Source of the DNA: Takakia lepidozioides
Taxonomy: Eukaryota; Plantae; Bryophyta
Reading direction: 5' to 3'
DNA length: 64,000 nucleotides
Assembly: GCA_030704615.1 (NCBI GenBank)
Contig: CM060733.1
Location: forward strand, 73,346,001 to 73,410,000
Both the position numbers and the translations under genes were made by a program. Numbering within the stretch: the first letter of the stretch is position 1; the number at the start of each line of letters is the position of its first letter. This document shows positions 37,721-52,800 of the stretch, one piece after another. The notes under the pieces are model-generated. The model searched no databases. It was not told the origin of the DNA and saw only the letters and a program-made list of their open reading frames with translations.

Positions 37721-38489
37721 CATAGGGTCAGTGATAGGTGGACGTGGGTTAACGTCCGGAAAGTGGCCGGCGGGTGAAAATACAGCTTGGAAGTCAAACT
37801 TGGAGAAGGTGCCACGCGGACAGGGAAAGACGGAGGCAGGTCTAGAAACGAACACGTGGTCGCCAGGGCGAAGCACACCGCAGTGCATATATTGCAAAAG
37901 CAGGTGTCATCATGCAAGAAGACAAATTGGGCCGTCAAAGTACCTACCCGGTACATCAACCCAAACTATTTGTGGGGCCATTAATGCATTCAGGGCAAGG
38001 GTAACGGAACCCTTTACGAGTACAGAAAAGGGGGATCTTTGCCGCATGTGCTATCCTAGTGGACATTCCAAGGGGGAAAGTCCATTGAGGGGAGTTAAAT
38101 TAAGAAGTTACCCAAGGAGGCAACAGCCAATCACGAGCGAGAATTATATGCAGGTGGTTTCCTCCAAGAAACAAGAGAAAGAAATTAGCAGGGTTATGAG
38201 CGCGAGAGTCGGGGTGGCTCCGAATAACCAGCGTCTCGGCAGGAGAGGCAATCAAAGCTATAGCTTTGTAGCTATGGTGGATATAACGGATTACATGCTC
38301 GCCTTACTTCTCACGCAGTGGCACAAGGACGGACGGGTTGAGAGTACATTCTCTCTCACTCGATACTTGCAAGCCCCACAGGCTTACACGCACTTACCCG
38401 TTCCATTATGTGCCAACCATACCTTTATGCTCTGTGCCCTGCAAGCTTTTCTTCAGTTGTTTCAAACAAGGCCTTTTTGTTTGTCTAGA

Positions 38490-40814
38490 ATGAAGAGAGT
38501 GAGGGGAATGGAGGATATCAGGGTGAAGAGCACCACGATTCTGCAGAAGCAAACAATTGCTACACCGCAGGCAGTGCAGCTGCTGAGGGAGTTGCGATTG
38601 GAGGGGCTGCTAGGCAAGGACTGGTCCTTGCATCATCGGCAGTATATGATTCAATTTCTTCAGAACTTTGAGCCTCGGACGGGAGTTACCTAGGTGAGGG
38701 GAGTAGATATAGAAATTACTCCCCAGTACTTGCAGCAATTGTTTGATTTGCCATCGGGTCATGTGGATGTGGATGAACACAGGGCAAGATTGCAGATAGG
38801 GAATTTGTTCCAAGAAGGGAGTTTCTTTAAGACTCAAGGTTACGCTTGTACCAAAGCCGAGTACCCGGGGCTCAGAGAAGTTGGCCAAATATTGAACGTT
38901 CTGTTTGCCATGAAACAAAACCAACAATATTTGAGCAGGTCATTCACAGAGGAGATCTTGAAAGCTTTGAGGGGAGAGGATGAAGCTTGGGCAGAGTTAA
39001 TGTACAATGGTCTGGTGGAAGAGATGAAGAGGTTACAGGGCACTGCTACTAAGTCTCCGATCATTGTGTCTGGTCCAGTAATTGCCCAAATCATTCTTGA
39101 CTCTTGCATACTTGATACTCGGGAACGTAAGGAGATGGGAGTGTTTGAGGCAGTAACCACTGCAATTGAAGAGCAGGGCTCTTCACATAGTGAGGGTGGA
39201 CTGGCAGGGCAACACCTGTCTAAGAGACAGAAGCGGGGTATGACTGTAGTGGCGGATCCACTAGCTTCACGAAACCGCAAGATGATGTTTCCCAAGCTCT
39301 TGTGCAGGATGGGGCACAGCAGCACAGAGGGCTGTTATTATTGGAAGCACGGCCTTCGGAGAGGGAAGAAGAAGTCACTTCAGTACCACAGCCATCACAG
39401 CCAGTTGACTCAGTTGTCTCAGAGGTTCCATAGTTAGAACATGCTGTGACACCACCCCCCAATTGCTCTAGACGGAGAAAGGTTGGACATTCCCACTACA
39501 GAGCAGGTCGTGGCAGAAATTGAGAAGGGTGACCTTCTCTATGAAAACTCTGGCTTGGTCAGGGAATCAGTGGTACCAGAGGTGCAAAGTCTGTCTAGGG
39601 AAATCCCTGCTATGCATGTAATACCCACACCTGCGACGGAGGTACCAGGGGTAGAATATAATGACACTGTAGCACATGTGGAGGATGAGGTGGTTCAAGA
39701 AGAGGATCTGGTGGGGCAATAGCCTGAATGGTTGGTGAAGCATCACACTGTGGAAGATCAGGGAGAACAGCAGCAAGTTCACCATGATGACCCCCAGCAG
39801 GCCATGCTTGTGAGTTCCATAAGCAGGACACTCAATTTGTTGGGCACTTATGTGAAATCCCATGTTTCATCTACCCAATTGGCAGCTTTGAGGGAGGAAC
39901 TCAGGAAGGAGTTTGAGACTTGAATTGCCACTGAGTGTGCTTACAAGGTAGATGATGAGGTCAATCTCAAGTTACATCAAGAGTTGGAGGACACAAAGTC
40001 TGTCTTGCAGTTGGCTAAGGGACATTTGATTGAAGCAAGTCTCGAGCAGGACCAGTTGCATGAAGCACATAAGCAACAGTTATACCAATTGCAGGTGAAG
40101 CATGAGGGCAAGTTGCAAGAAGTGAACGTACTACATACAGAGTTGGAGGCAGTACATCAGAGGATGACCATACAATGTGCTACACTCACAACTGCTCTAG
40201 AGCAAACTGCATTAGAAGTTAACAGACAAGGGGAGAGATGTATGATGGCAGAAGCTGAGATAATAGAGCAAACGAAACTCATTGTTGATTTACAGGCTAC
40301 AATCTGTCGCAATGAGAATACTTTCCAATAGTACAGACAGGTTGAGGCTGACCAGGAGAGGTACATCCTGGAGTTGCAACAAACAGTCATGATCAATAGA
40401 AATGAACTCTTTGTGGCTAACAAGGCTTGGAAGGAAGCCAATAATCTGGCTGCTGCCTATGCGGGCCTGGTTGAACCTCATGCAAAGCGCATGGAGGCTT
40501 TACAGCAGCAGTTAGATGTGTACAGACTCACAGAGGAGCAGACTCTCAGGGGTGCCACACAGGACCTGGTGGATAACCACCTTATGCAGGTTTGGTTAGA
40601 GGGCAGGTGGTAGTAAGGCAAAGCACCAAGGAATCTCACAAGGCAAGAAGCAAGATGAATGAGCTCAGATTGCAGGTGCAGAAACATTGCCACAACTACT
40701 ATAGACAATGTCTATAGTAGGATAGCGGAGCTACAGGAGGATGTGGAAGGCCTGCAGACTCAAGTGGATGACCTGAGTTCAAATATTGACAAGAGAGTCT
40801 TTGTTCCTGAGGAG
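38490..40814 (+). pseudogene. Extra 3' ORF region of E (coiled-coil-like), 5' part, interrupted by M3
   Basis: Chain of plus-strand ORF pieces separated mostly by single stops (MKRVRGMED..., EAWAELMYNGLVEE, heptad-like Glu/Gln/Leu-rich C-terminal part). Confidence 0.6.
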
Positions 40815-41055
40815 GGGGGCTGCTATTTCATGAGCGGCATGAGCATGAGCGGAAAAAAAAAAAAACATGAGCGGGCCGAATTGTGTCCACGGAAATAGGG
40901 TCATGTGGACTCGTCATAGCAATGAAATGCAACATTTTATTGCAAATTTGGTGGCAAGCCACGTCTATACAAGTGTGTCCTAACTGTCGTAGCAGGAATG
41001 GGAACTACTCTCCTACACCTTCCGAGAACTTGGCCCTCCTTCTTCCTCATCCCCC

Positions 41056-44000
41056 TCATCCCCCCCCATCCTCCGAGCTCTGTGATGCATCGGTTGCAGT
41101 ATGCCTCTCAAAAATGTCGTCCTCTCCTTGGGGGACTGTCCACCTCACCTCCTGGGAATCTTCTGCCTCTTCTCCCCCACTTTCCTCAGCAGAATCCAAG
41201 ACAAATCTACGAGCCCGACGGGCTCTAATAGCTGCTGCCTCCTCCCTCATCTTCATTTTCTTGAGGCTTGCCTCGTCTAAAATCTGTTGTACACGACTAG
41301 GTTCGGAACACCTCCTAATGGACACCGAAGCAAACCGGGCAGCATAAGTAGGAAGGATGAAGTCCCTTTCTGGACTAGGCATGAAATCCCCCCTGGCAAA
41401 AAAAGGCACGTTCCTCCTGCCCATGAACTCCGGTGTAGACGTCCCTCCTGCCGTACTTGGCATCCTACAGTAAGAACAAATCCACTTCAAGAATGTCAAT
41501 ACCAGCAGAAGCAGAAAGGGTAATAAGAGAGCGAAGGGAGGTGCCTCACGAAATCTGGAGGCAACTTACAATGCGACCACTCACTCGTACACTGGGGCTC
41601 CTCGGCCTTGATCCCAACTTGTTCCTCCCCTGCTCCTTCTCGGATTTTTCCTCATCCTCCGAGGATGCCTCTTCCTCTTTCGGCAGACGTTCAGCCGCTG
41701 CAAGTTCCGAGTTGTGGAGGGCAGTATCTGGCTCGAAGGCAAACACATGCCTGTCAGACAACGTCCCTGCCCACATTGAAGCACCTGAGGAACAAAGCGG
41801 GCGTTAATAGCTTGCGGCATGCAATTGCAATCGGGCCAAGGGACAAACTGAGCACGTGAAGGCTTACCCGTGCCGCATGTGAGGTCCAGAATTCGCCCTT
41901 GGACATCCGAGCACGTCTCCATGAGGGTTTGGATGAAAGCAGGGCTCCGGGTCCGGCTGTACCGCCACGGTTTGCCTGTCTTTGTGTCCTTCGGCATACT
42001 GGAGTGGGGCACATAGTTGTAGAGGACATCGTAGGTAACAGGGTCCACAACGGCATCAACAAGACGACCGTCGTTGCGGAATTTGAACATAGACCCTCTC
42101 TTCATAAAGCAATATGCCTCAAACACCAATGTCTGCACATCCAACAAAATAGGGATCAACTCCGGGATCTTGTTTAGATACACCACAATATGAGGTGAAT
42201 GAAATAGATTGATAACTTACACTTTGGCCCTCTGTTCGCAACCCCTGTGTATTGATGCAGAACCATTTTCTGAGGACGACCGGGGTGACACTTTTCGGTG
42301 TCCACCTTGCCACCGCATTCTCTGTGGTCTTCCCTCTTGTGGCAAGGACAACCACACATCCACCGTCATCCAGAAGCATCCCCGCCAGCCCAAACCGGCT
42401 TTCCAGTAGTCCTCAATAAACCTGTTCCAGGTGGGCACACCATCCAGGCCCTCCAGCAGCTCCCCATCTGGAATGTCGAGGAGAATCATGTCGCAAGCTC
42501 TCTCCACCTCAACCCCCCCCCGAGTGCTCTTGCAATCCGTGCTCGCAGCCGTGAAGAATTCCATCATGGCTTCAAAACCAGGGGTGTCTTTAGGCTCTGT
42601 ACCGGCAGCCTCTTCTTGGCTTTCCCCTTCTGCTCCGCCAGAGACTTGTTGTGTGCCACCTTCTTCGCCCTGGCAGCGAGAGCGTCAAGGAAGCTCTCAT
42701 TGACGCATTGGATGATGGTTGGAGGTTCTAGCTTTGGCCTGTGCGTAAACGTCACCGCCGAATACCGCCGTGTAGGCTCGCCCTCAAATGCCAACTTCTT
42801 GGCAGAGCCAGTCCCACTCCGAACTGACTTGGGAACCCGGACGACCGGTGACGGGTAGCAGCAACAGCAGTCGCAGGACCTTGAACAAAGTTGTCGTCCG
42901 AGTCACTCTCTTGGGTCCCCTCCTGCGCCTGCTGCTCCGATGCCCCGATGGTTTTCTGTTTTTTGGGTGTTACTGCACTCACCTGTTTGCTTGTCCTTTT
43001 CCTTTGGCCTTTACTCTTCTCATTCAATTTCTCCTGAATTCCTGTCTGAGCAAGCTCTGCCGCTTTCCTGGAGTTTGCAAGCGCTTTTGCCTCTTTTGCA
43101 CCCAGCGGAGGCAGCGGAGCCCGGTTTCGTCGGGCCTCAGCATCCAGCTTCAATTGAAACTCAGATGGGTCGAGCATGCCGGGCGGAAGGTCCACATACC
43201 AAGGGCAATCACGCAAATGTTCTAGATGCCACTCCTTCACAATATTGTCAGTGTACATGGAGTCAGCCCCAGGGTTCCTCCATGCCAGGAAGAATGGTGG
43301 CTCGAAAGACAGATGACCTTTCTCCAAAAGGGAGAACTTGCAGTACCTGCATTCATGAAAAACACAATGAGGTCCATGAACTGCAAATTCGGCACCATTT
43401 TCCCAGGTTGGGGCGGATCTGAGTGGGCCTAGAAATGGAAAAATGGCGCCGAATATCGGTTTTCGGTGACTACCACCCTAGGGACTTAGCCATCTTGGGA
43501 GCCCTGAACTGGAAATTCGACGTCATTTTTTTCCGGGTTTGGCCCGAAGATGGCTAAGTCCCAGAACGGCAATAGGGCCTAGAACTGGAAAAATGGCGCC
43601 GAATTTCCAGTTCAGGCCAGCCACCTAGGGACTTAGCCATTTTCGGAGCCCTGACTGGAAATTCGGCGCCATTTTCCCAGGTCAGGCCCGAAAATGGCTA
43701 ATCCCACAAGGGCAATAGGGCCCAGAACTGGAAAAATGGCGCCGAATTTCCAGTTCAGGGCCAGCCACCCTAGGGACTTGGCCATTTTCGGAGCCCTGAC
43801 TGGAAATTCGGCGCCATTTTCCCAGGTCCGGCCCGAAAGTGGCTAAGTCCCATATGGCCTTGACTTGGAAAAATAGCGCCGAATTTCCAGTTCAGGGCCA
43901 GCCACCCTAGGGACTTAGCCATTTTCGGAGCCCTGACTGAAAATTCGGCGCCATTTCCCAGGTCCGGCCCGAAAGTGGCTAAGTCCCATATGGCCTTGAC

Positions 44001-46710
44001 CTGGAAAAATGGCGCCGAATTTCTAGTTCAGGCCAGCCACCCTAGGGACTTAGCCATTTTCGGAGCCCTGATCTGGAAATTCGGCGAAAAATGCAAGGAC
44101 TGAAAGGAAGGCATCGCGTATGTACTTGTACGGAAGGCGCATTGCTGCTTTGTCCGCGTTCGGCTGGTCGGTGAACTCGTGGCTCCGGCGGGCATGTGGT
44201 ATCTCCCGAAAGAATAGTCGGTTTTGTAGTAGAGCACCTCGTCACATAGTCGCGTAGGCTCTCTGCTGCAGGAGAAATCTCCATCTTGAACTGATGTGCT
44301 TGTGTGTCCAGCTGCTCTTGCGCATTCGTCGTCACCTGTGGAGATTCTCCATCAGATCGCATTGCTGAAAAAATACAATGAATCCACCCCTACAAGAGTA
44401 GAAGCGCCAAACGAAGCGTGGGGAAGTACCTGAAACCACCATGTCATGCGGTTCATCCACATGTCGAATGTGGGGTCAGACAGTTTGTCCGGTTTGGGGA
44501 AGCTCCACATGTCCCTTGTACTTTGGGAACCATTCCAGATTTGGAGCCACCGGGTCTGTCCAACCACCCAGCATATTCGTAAGCGCCAAACACCACAAAA
44601 AACGAGTTGTTGCCACCACAATTTGGTTAAGAATGTATCACCTTTTCTGCACCATCCACACAGGATGTGGCTAGACGATGGAGCTTCTCCAATGTCATCG
44701 TGGGCTTCAGAGCGCGGGAGTAGTGCTTCCCCACCTCCACCAGAAAGTCGGCACCAAGGGCGGGATCAGCTATGGCCACGTACTTTATCATCCGCGACTT
44801 GTTTACTTATGCGGGCCCTCACCTCCGCAGCTTGAGATACGATTCGAGTGCCGGGAGGGTTAGATTCTTCTCTCTGACTCCATGTAGGACCTCCGCGCAT
44901 GTGCCAAATCCTGCTGAATTTTCGTCTGTCAAGAATGCGCACATAAGATTAGAGATCCTGCTCAACACTTTTTCTTCTATTGGGGGAGGAGAGACAGATT
45001 AGCTCAACAAAATAGTCAGGAGCTTTACCCGAAATATGTAGTCCACCATGGCATCCATGCTCAGCCTATACCAGGTTCTGTCTGCCTTTGCCTCCGACTT
45101 GCGCAGGAGGTCGGCACTGAGCGAATTGGCAAACTCTTGCACCCCCTGCTTCCCGACATCCTTCACTCGGAAGAGCATATGGGACAAGTTGGTGGCAATG
45201 AAGGCATTCTCAGTCACCCTGCAATGCCACATTTCCATGAAACAATTCTGAAATGGGAATTTACAACAAATATGAGGATTCGCAATGAAATGACTTACAA
45301 TCGGATGGGTCCAAAAAGCAAGAGGCGTTGTAACTTACGAGTTGATGTCCGCCATTGCAGCTTTGAGAAGACTGCGATCTTTGGGCCCGCAACCTTCAGC
45401 ACAACACACTCCACGGCGAAATGCCAATCGAGGTCGTTGGGGTGGGCTTCGGCTATGTGCTCCATCCATGCCAGGAGGCGATGATTGCCGTCCCACACGT
45501 AAAACATCTTTCCGGACAAGTGCTGGAAAAGAGGATCAGTAACAATCGATCTCTCGAACTCCTCATTTCGCCTTTGCCAATGGGGACCCCATTTGTCCAC
45601 CTCATCGGAAGTGTGGGCACGGGAAGCTCCGTGGTCGTTCTCAATGGAAACGTAAAATGCGGCAGACCCCATTCGATATCCATCCCGGAAAGAGAATTTC
45701 AGCTTGTCGATATCGCCTTGGGAGGGCAGGTCTCACCACCTGCAAAGACACCAAGCGGCAAAGGGGGAATTCGAAGCTTGGCCGGGTACACCATGCCCCC
45801 CAGCACCCTGCCAATGTTGCTGTGGGTTGCCTCCAACATCTTGGCAGCGGCCAACTTCATATCCGCCTTGGACATGACGTCTGCTGCAGAAGGGTTCTCC
45901 GGCAGCCCACCAGGACCGCCAAATCCAGCCTGTATGCTGCGGGTTTTGGGGCCTGGGGGATGTCCGGGAGGATGTCATCCTGATCAGAAAGCTCGGTGTC
46001 GTCCTCCTCAACATGGTGAACCACCGGCAAAACCACCTCGAGCACTCTCCCTGTCTCTACTGCCATCTCCCCGCTTCACCTCGAACTTGCACAATCCGTG
46101 CTCTTTGTGGTGTTCTTTCCTCTCCTCCACTCTCCACCGTATGGGTAATTGCGGGGGCTGCTCTTGTCCGCGATGGTGTAACCGGTGTGTTACTTCCTCT
46201 TTGTGGTGTCTTGGAGGGATCCACTGTCTCTGTGCATCCCTCGCTTACATTGGCATCTGTCATTTGGGCACCCCTGGCCTCTTCAGTGGCCTTTTTTCTT
46301 TCCTCCTGGCTAGCCTTCTGTCTCGCCTGTTCTTTTGCCCTCTCTTTTGCCCTCTCACGGGCTTTCTGTTTCTTACTAGGGCTAGCAGCAGGGGAGCCCT
46401 CCAGGGGACCACCTTTGATTGAGGAGGAAGGAACACCCTCGCGCACTGCTCACTCCCCCTCCGCAGCCCGTGACGGCTCTCTCGCCGGGGATTGCATGTG
46501 CTTAGCTTTCTTTTTCTTCTTTGCGTGGGCGGGCCTTACTGCATGTGCATCAACAACCTCCATTGCCGGATCTGCTGTCCTCACGTCCTCACGCCCTTCA
46601 CCTGCCATGCCGCCTGCACCAACCTCCCCAGTGCCTATTCTGTCGTACCCTCGCTGCAGGTCCTCCCGTCCACCAACAAAAGGTTGAAGTTTGCCCTCTC
46701 GCCCCAAGTT
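41056..46710 (-). pseudogene. M3 accessory gene (ParB/Srx-like plus beta-class MTase-like), many frameshifts
   Basis: GKMFYVWDGNHRLLAW (~45471-45515); CDMILLDIPDG (~42465-42495); RSPAFIQTLMETCSDVQGRILDLTCGTG (~41867-41950). Exon order is collinear with M2. Confidence 0.8.
43430..44090. repeat. Intronic tandem array in the M3 accessory gene (~120-bp unit, two GGAAAAATGGCGCCGAATTTCC-type motifs per unit)
   Basis: About five units with alternating motif orientation. Confidence 0.9.
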
Positions 46711-47384
46711 GGGCGATTCAAAAATGCGATGAGTTGGAGCGGTCGATGATACCACCTGCGTGCCGGGCTCGTTGTCACTCTGTCATTCCAAAATCGTGAG
46801 AACCAACATCGGTGCCAATACCAGCATCGCAACGAGCAGCGCAACACCATAAACAACAATCATGGAACAACAATGAAAACAAAACAAGTTTAGGAAGTAT
46901 GGAGTGCCATGGAACAACAATGAAAACACATCCAACCAATGCCAAAAAATGACATGCTTCCAGCGATGCCAGGATGAAGATGCAAAAACAAAGCGAAACA
47001 ACAAAGCGAAAACGAAAGCGGAAGCGAAAGCGAACAAAGCGAAAGCAGAAGTGGCTTGTCTGAGAGTACTCGGCTTCAGTTGGGTTGTGAGCAAGACACT
47101 GGAATCTCCTGCTGGAGCTTAAGTTTGGCCATGCGAGAGATTGGCCGTCGTCCGTAGTACAAGCTTTCAACTTCCGCCGCGGTCTGGATGTGAGGTCTCT
47201 CTCAGGAGAGCCACGCCCTTCAGGCGGCATAAGTCCCAGCCAAAATGGAAAAAAAGATCTCAGTCTTTTGGGGTACATGCCTCGAATAGAAGTTAATCCA
47301 AGATTAGCATCATTATTAGGGTACGTATCGAGGAAGCCATGTGTCGCCAGCCCAAATAAAAACGGACGGCGGTAGACATTTAAT

Positions 47385-48860
47385 GCCCATCCGCCAGGTA
47401 CGGCGGCGCGCAAAATTTCCGTCATGCAGGTAATTCGGAGAGCAGCAGGATGGAAATCCGGCGCCGAATTTCCATCCTGTCAGGTAGGGCGTCGTGCGAA
47501 ATTTCCGCCACGCAGGTAATTCGGAGCCGGATGGATGGAAATCCGGCGCCGGATTTCCATCCTGCCAGGTAGGCGGGCGCGCGAAATTTCCGCCACGCAG
47601 GTAATTCGGGCCGGATGGATGGAAATCCGGCGCCGGATTCCTCCTGCCAGGTAGGCGGCGCGCGAAATTTCCGCACGCAGGTAATTCGGAGCCGGATGGA
47701 TGGAAATCCGGCGTCGGATTTCCATCCTGCCAGGTAGGGCGGCGCGCGAAATTTCCGCCACGCAGGTAATTCGGAGCCGGATGGATGGAAATCCGGCGCC
47801 GGATTTCCATCCGCCAGGTTGGTCGGAGAGTGGATGGATGGAAATTCGACGCCGAATTTCCATCCGGCAGGTAGGGCGGCGGCGGGCGCGCAAAATTTGC
47901 GTCATGCAGGTAATTCGAAGCGGATCAGATGGAAATTCGGCGCCGAATTTCCATTCGCAGGTAAGTCGAAGCGCCGAATTAACCTTCCTGCAGGTAATTC
48001 CGAGCGTGGCCGCTTGGTTTTTCGGAGAAAAACAAAGTAAACTGTCGTTTGTGGTGAAGTTGAGTCACTTTTAGACACGTTTTTCATGGAATCCTTGACT
48101 GCTAGAGGGAAATCCGAACGGCCTCGGACGGAAATTTGGCGCCGTTTTTCCATCTTGTTCGGTTTTTATATCGTCCAGTATTGGGCCTCACCACCCGACC
48201 GGACTTCCTTTGAGGGGGCCCGGATGGAAATTCGGCGGCGCGAATTTCCACGGGGGATGGTCTCTATCGGACCGGTGCCGGCCTCTACGCCCGAGGCGAC
48301 TTCGTCCGGGCGTCACCTGTGGATATTCGGCTTGCCGAATTTCGTCCGGGGGTTGAGGGGGTTGAAAGTGACGGCCAGGTGCCGGCCTCTCCCCCTCCCC
48401 GACTGCATCGGAACGGCCCAGGGATGGAAATTCGGCGCCGTTTTCCCATCTGGGGAGGGTTTTTATGTCGGCCAAGTTTTCGCGGCCTGCCCCCCCAACA
48501 TGACTTCGTTTGGGGGGGGCCCGGATGGAAATTCGGCGCCGGAATCTCCATCTGGGGGGTGCTCTCTGTCCAACACGCGCCGGCCTCTACGCCCGAGGCG
48601 ACTTCATCCGGGCTTCCACTGTTGGATATTCGGTTGCCGAATTTCCGTCCGGGGGTACCGGTTGTAATTGTGAGGGCCACTGTGGCGGCCTTCCCCCGAA
48701 GCCGACGAGCATCGAACGGCCTCGGATGCGGAAAATTTCGGCACGCCGTGGTTTTCCATCCGGGGAGGTTTTTTATGTCGGCTAGTTTCGGCTCCTCCTG
48801 ACCCCCCGACACGACTTCCTTGGGGGGGGATCGAATGGAAAGTCGGCGTGGATTTCCATC
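47385..48860. repeat. M3 intergenic palindrome array: GGATGGAAAT(C/T)CGGCGCCG(G/A)ATTTCCATCC
   Basis: Perfect 30-bp palindrome at 47533-47562. Tandem units of ~80-83 bp over 47400-47960, then longer units to 48860. Confidence 0.93.
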
Positions 48861-49316
48861 CGGGGGTTGTTCTCTGTAGGACAGGTTCCGACTCTCTGCC
48901 CGAGGCCAACTTCATAAACGTGGCGCCCTGGGATATCGGGTGCTGGAATTTTCATGAGGTAGTAATGGACGGCACGGTGCCGGCGTTCTCCCCTTCAGCC
49001 GACATCATCCGGCCGGCCCCCCACTTTTTGACTGCATACCGTTGGCAGTATTGCGCAAAAAAACCAGGGGCCGCATTCTGAGACAACGGTTCATTAACAC
49101 TCTGACTGGGATTTTTGAGATAGGTGGCTCCCTGATTGGATCAGGCTTCGTCGCTCGGACAAATCGGCACCGCATTCCTTCCCATCGCTGCATCCCCTTC
49201 TACCAGGGAGCTTGCCCGCACGCCATCCTGGGAGTCTTGTGTGCACATCTCCCATGGCGGAAAACCTGAGCGCTACAGTGTACTGCCCTCCTCATCGAGC
49301 ATAGAGCTTCATTTCC

Positions 49317-52300
49317 GTGCAGAGGGGACATCTGCCGGGTGATGAGAAATATCTGTGCGTTCGATACCACCTGAAACCGGGGTCGTTTTTTTGGAGGAGG
49401 AGGAAGGAAGGACTCAAACGGCTTGTTGTCGAGAGTATTGTTGTGCTCCACGATGATTTCGGCGATGGCATGGAATGGCGAGTTCCACCATCAGACAACG
49501 TCATATACAGGGTTGTTGGGGACTTCATTTGCCTGCCAAATGCACCTTCTATCCTGGCGCCTTCCACGAAACAATCCGCGAATCAGAGAGTGGCTACCTC
49601 AAAGAGAGAAGTCCGCAACGAAGTAAATCCAGAGCCGAACCCATCCATGAAGACGAGCGAGAACCGGGTTGTTCACAACCTGTCCGACTCAGACGAGGTC
49701 ATGGAAGTTCCGAGGTCGTCCTGGAGATCAGGCAAGTCCTCAATGGACGTCAGTGGACGAGGGAGTCATATTCCCAGCACGAGCACCGCAGTTCGATCTA
49801 TTCTTGAAATTTTGCGAGGGCTTCACATGGAGGGACACCGCTCGGAGCTGGCCGGGCTGGTCTACAGCAAGTTCGCAATTAAATCGGTTACATGCCTTCC
49901 CGCGACGTCGACGGTAATATCTTCTTTGAGTTCCCTCCTCAGACGGACTACTTGAGGGCGTCCGGAATGTTGACAGATATGGATAGAAAACATGATGGTC
50001 GTCCTTGGTGCGTCACCAAAACCACCAGCATGAAGATGCTCGATGGTGTGCGGGTGTGCACTACGTTGTTTGTGCGGGCGCGTTGCGGTGTTTCTCCCCA
50101 ACTTGCTTCCATTTTAAATCCAGAGGTCACAGGAACGAGACCGATTGGACAGGCACAGCTCATCAACCATTTCGAGCTCAGGAGAAGGTTCCGAACTCCA
50201 CATTTAAGTGTGCGCATTGCAAAGAACCACCACTGCATGTCTGTTTGTAATGCCAAGCAGTTCTATGTGTTGCACCGTTTCCCTGACCTCACCCGAGCTT
50301 GCATACACGTTGGTTCCCATTGTCACAAATTGGCAAGGGGGAACTTGCGGGAGGCTGCCCACGAGGCAGAGCAGCTCGTTCAGGAGGAGGTTAAGTTGAG
50401 ACCGGGTGCCAAACCAAACAGATACAGCTCCAAGCCGCCCATAAGATGGCCTTGGCCCAGAATTATGTCGGAAGACGGCTCGATAGAGTTCCTCTCGATG
50501 AGAAGGAAATGGAGGCATTGCTGGAGTCGGTGTCCCACGTATGTTCACCGAATGTCCGAAACCACATTGTCTCATGCAAACAGAAAATTGGGCGTGGCTC
50601 GGATATGCACTCCATTCTGGAGGTGAAGCAACGATGTGTGGATATGACTACATTCATGGAAGTAGGTTTTCCAGGACAAGGGACTGAGGCAGATCGTTGT
50701 TTCGTATTCAAAATGTCCACGTGTGGACCTGGCAGCGGCGGCGTCGAACTGGTCGACAGGATGACGAGTGGGGACTTGTCAAACAGTTGGGTCATGTTCG
50801 ACCATATCAAGCGAATTACAAATCACCAGTGGGTGACAATGGGGTGCACATGTCTACGACACCCACTGCAGGATGCTAATGACAATTGCTATTTGTGAGA
50901 TGAAAGGAGAGGACACACAATCGGAGATGCTTCTTTGGCAGGGAATAAAAACGAACAGATGGCCAAGGCGGGATTGCCCCCTCCCAATTTCCGTGGTTTC
51001 ATGGCGGACAACGCACAAGCAAATTGGGCTGCCATCCGAAGGGTGTACGGGCAAGACCCCAATGTTCCCATGGAAGGCAAGGAGAGATCTTGTGGGTTCC
51101 ATTTTCTGCAGAGCCTTTCGCAGTACACAACCAGGCTCGTGGCGCCAGATTTCAGAGAGGAGCACCGTTCCATGTGTCTTGCGTGGAAGCGCGCTCCCAC
51201 CTTGGATGATGCAGAGACACAATTTGCATGTATACGGGCTTGGTGGACATCGTCAGGTGCTGTAAGGAAATCAGACGAGGGAGCAATGGTCAGTTGGCTA
51301 GCATGGTGCATTATCGTTTCCTTCAGTTCGGCGACTATATGCGGGAGGTGAGGTTTACACGAATTCGCGTCCCGTTGAATATTATTCCCTGGCATTATTT
51401 GTAACTTGCTTGTAACCTGAACATGTGCTTGTGCAGGAAATGTGTCTCGACTCTGACCACGACATGCCCACGACAAACATGGCCGAATCAGTGCATTCTT
51501 CCTGGCGTGCCTCTTCTGCGGCGCATCTGGTGGACATTCTCACTGCCACAACGGAGGACATTGTGAGGTCAATTATGCAGCAATGCAGGTACAACGAGTT
51601 CTTGAAAGGGAAACAGTGGGGCTTGGGGCCGGACAGGCAGGAAATGCTGATGTGGATTGCCTCCAGATCGAAGAATCCTCCAAAGTGGGGGCGGCCGAGC
51701 GAGAGGGCCTTCGGGACAAGCCATTGCTTCGAAGAGGCAACATTTGGAAGGAGATGTTCATACCCGTCCAATGAGAACGAAGACTTGACGAGGCACCTGG
51801 CGGGGAAGATGATTCATGGCGAGCTGACAAGAATATTCGCACGCTCCCTCGTGGTCCCGTGATGTTGCCCGAGGAGGTCTCGTCGAGCACCGCAAGTCCT
51901 GCACGTTCAAGATCGTCATCTCCTTTGAGCACAGGGCACGTGCCCGAGGAACAGAACAAGCCATCTGTGGTAACGCAACAACATACCCATTGTGGAGACA
52001 GAGAGTTGTCGGAGTCACAGTGGAGAATTGCAAGGACATTGCGGGCATTTCGAGGGAAGTGCTGCGCCATTCGGGTGGATACGAGAGCACGCTGTGGTGA
52101 GATGATTCGGAGGAACCCACACGGTGCTGTACCTGCACCTTGTTTCAGCGGCAGATTTTTTACTCCCACATTTGCTCACGCCACACAACGCAGACATTTT
52201 GGTTCTGTAGGCACGACATAATGACCTGTGTATTTGGCAAGCCCAAGTACGGATTCAGGGAATGCCGGAGCCTCCGGGCGTCTGGCCTGTTGCACCGGGT

Positions 52301-52800
52301 TGCAGCTCTCTCATAATGAGGCGGATGCTCTTTTTGCAAGCAGGATTTCGAATGGTGCAACGCACAGATGTCCCGGCCCCCGCATTTCCAGTTCCTCAGA
52401 CCCAGCCATTGCAAACTGCTCTCCAGTAGAGACGGATTGGACAATTCTGCACATCCCACAATGCGATTCGGAAGAGTGAAGAGACGACACCCTCCAACAA
52501 GTGAATGGGACTCGGATTGCCAATGCTCCTGGGATGCTTGCACTATTCAGAGCTCCGGGACGTACCTCCACCCGCCTTGGGCGTGTTTATCGGATGGCAA
52601 CGGGCCGGCTCGGCTGTACGCACGATGTATACCACAATTACGATTGGAGTGGAGCCGACTTGCAATTGTACGGACTTCTCGTTTGTGATGGAAGCAAAGA
52701 AGGGTTCAAAGTATTATCCGTGCAAGCATCTGTCTTACATTTACCTGAAGGTTGAGGATGAACGTGACTATTGAGACTTTATTCATGTACCGGCTTGAGC
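49317..52800 (+). pseudogene. MULE transposase of M3, heavily frameshifted
   Basis: KHDGRPWCVTKT, WVMFDHIKR, FMADNAQA, CGFH, TNMAESVH, SWIM CNCTDF..YPCKH. Intron at 51348-51436, in the same position as in M1 and M2. Confidence 0.88.

Noticed and set aside
46980-47050. AAAGCG-type simple repeat
   Set aside because: Short low-complexity tract upstream of the M3 accessory gene; not seen in the other copies.
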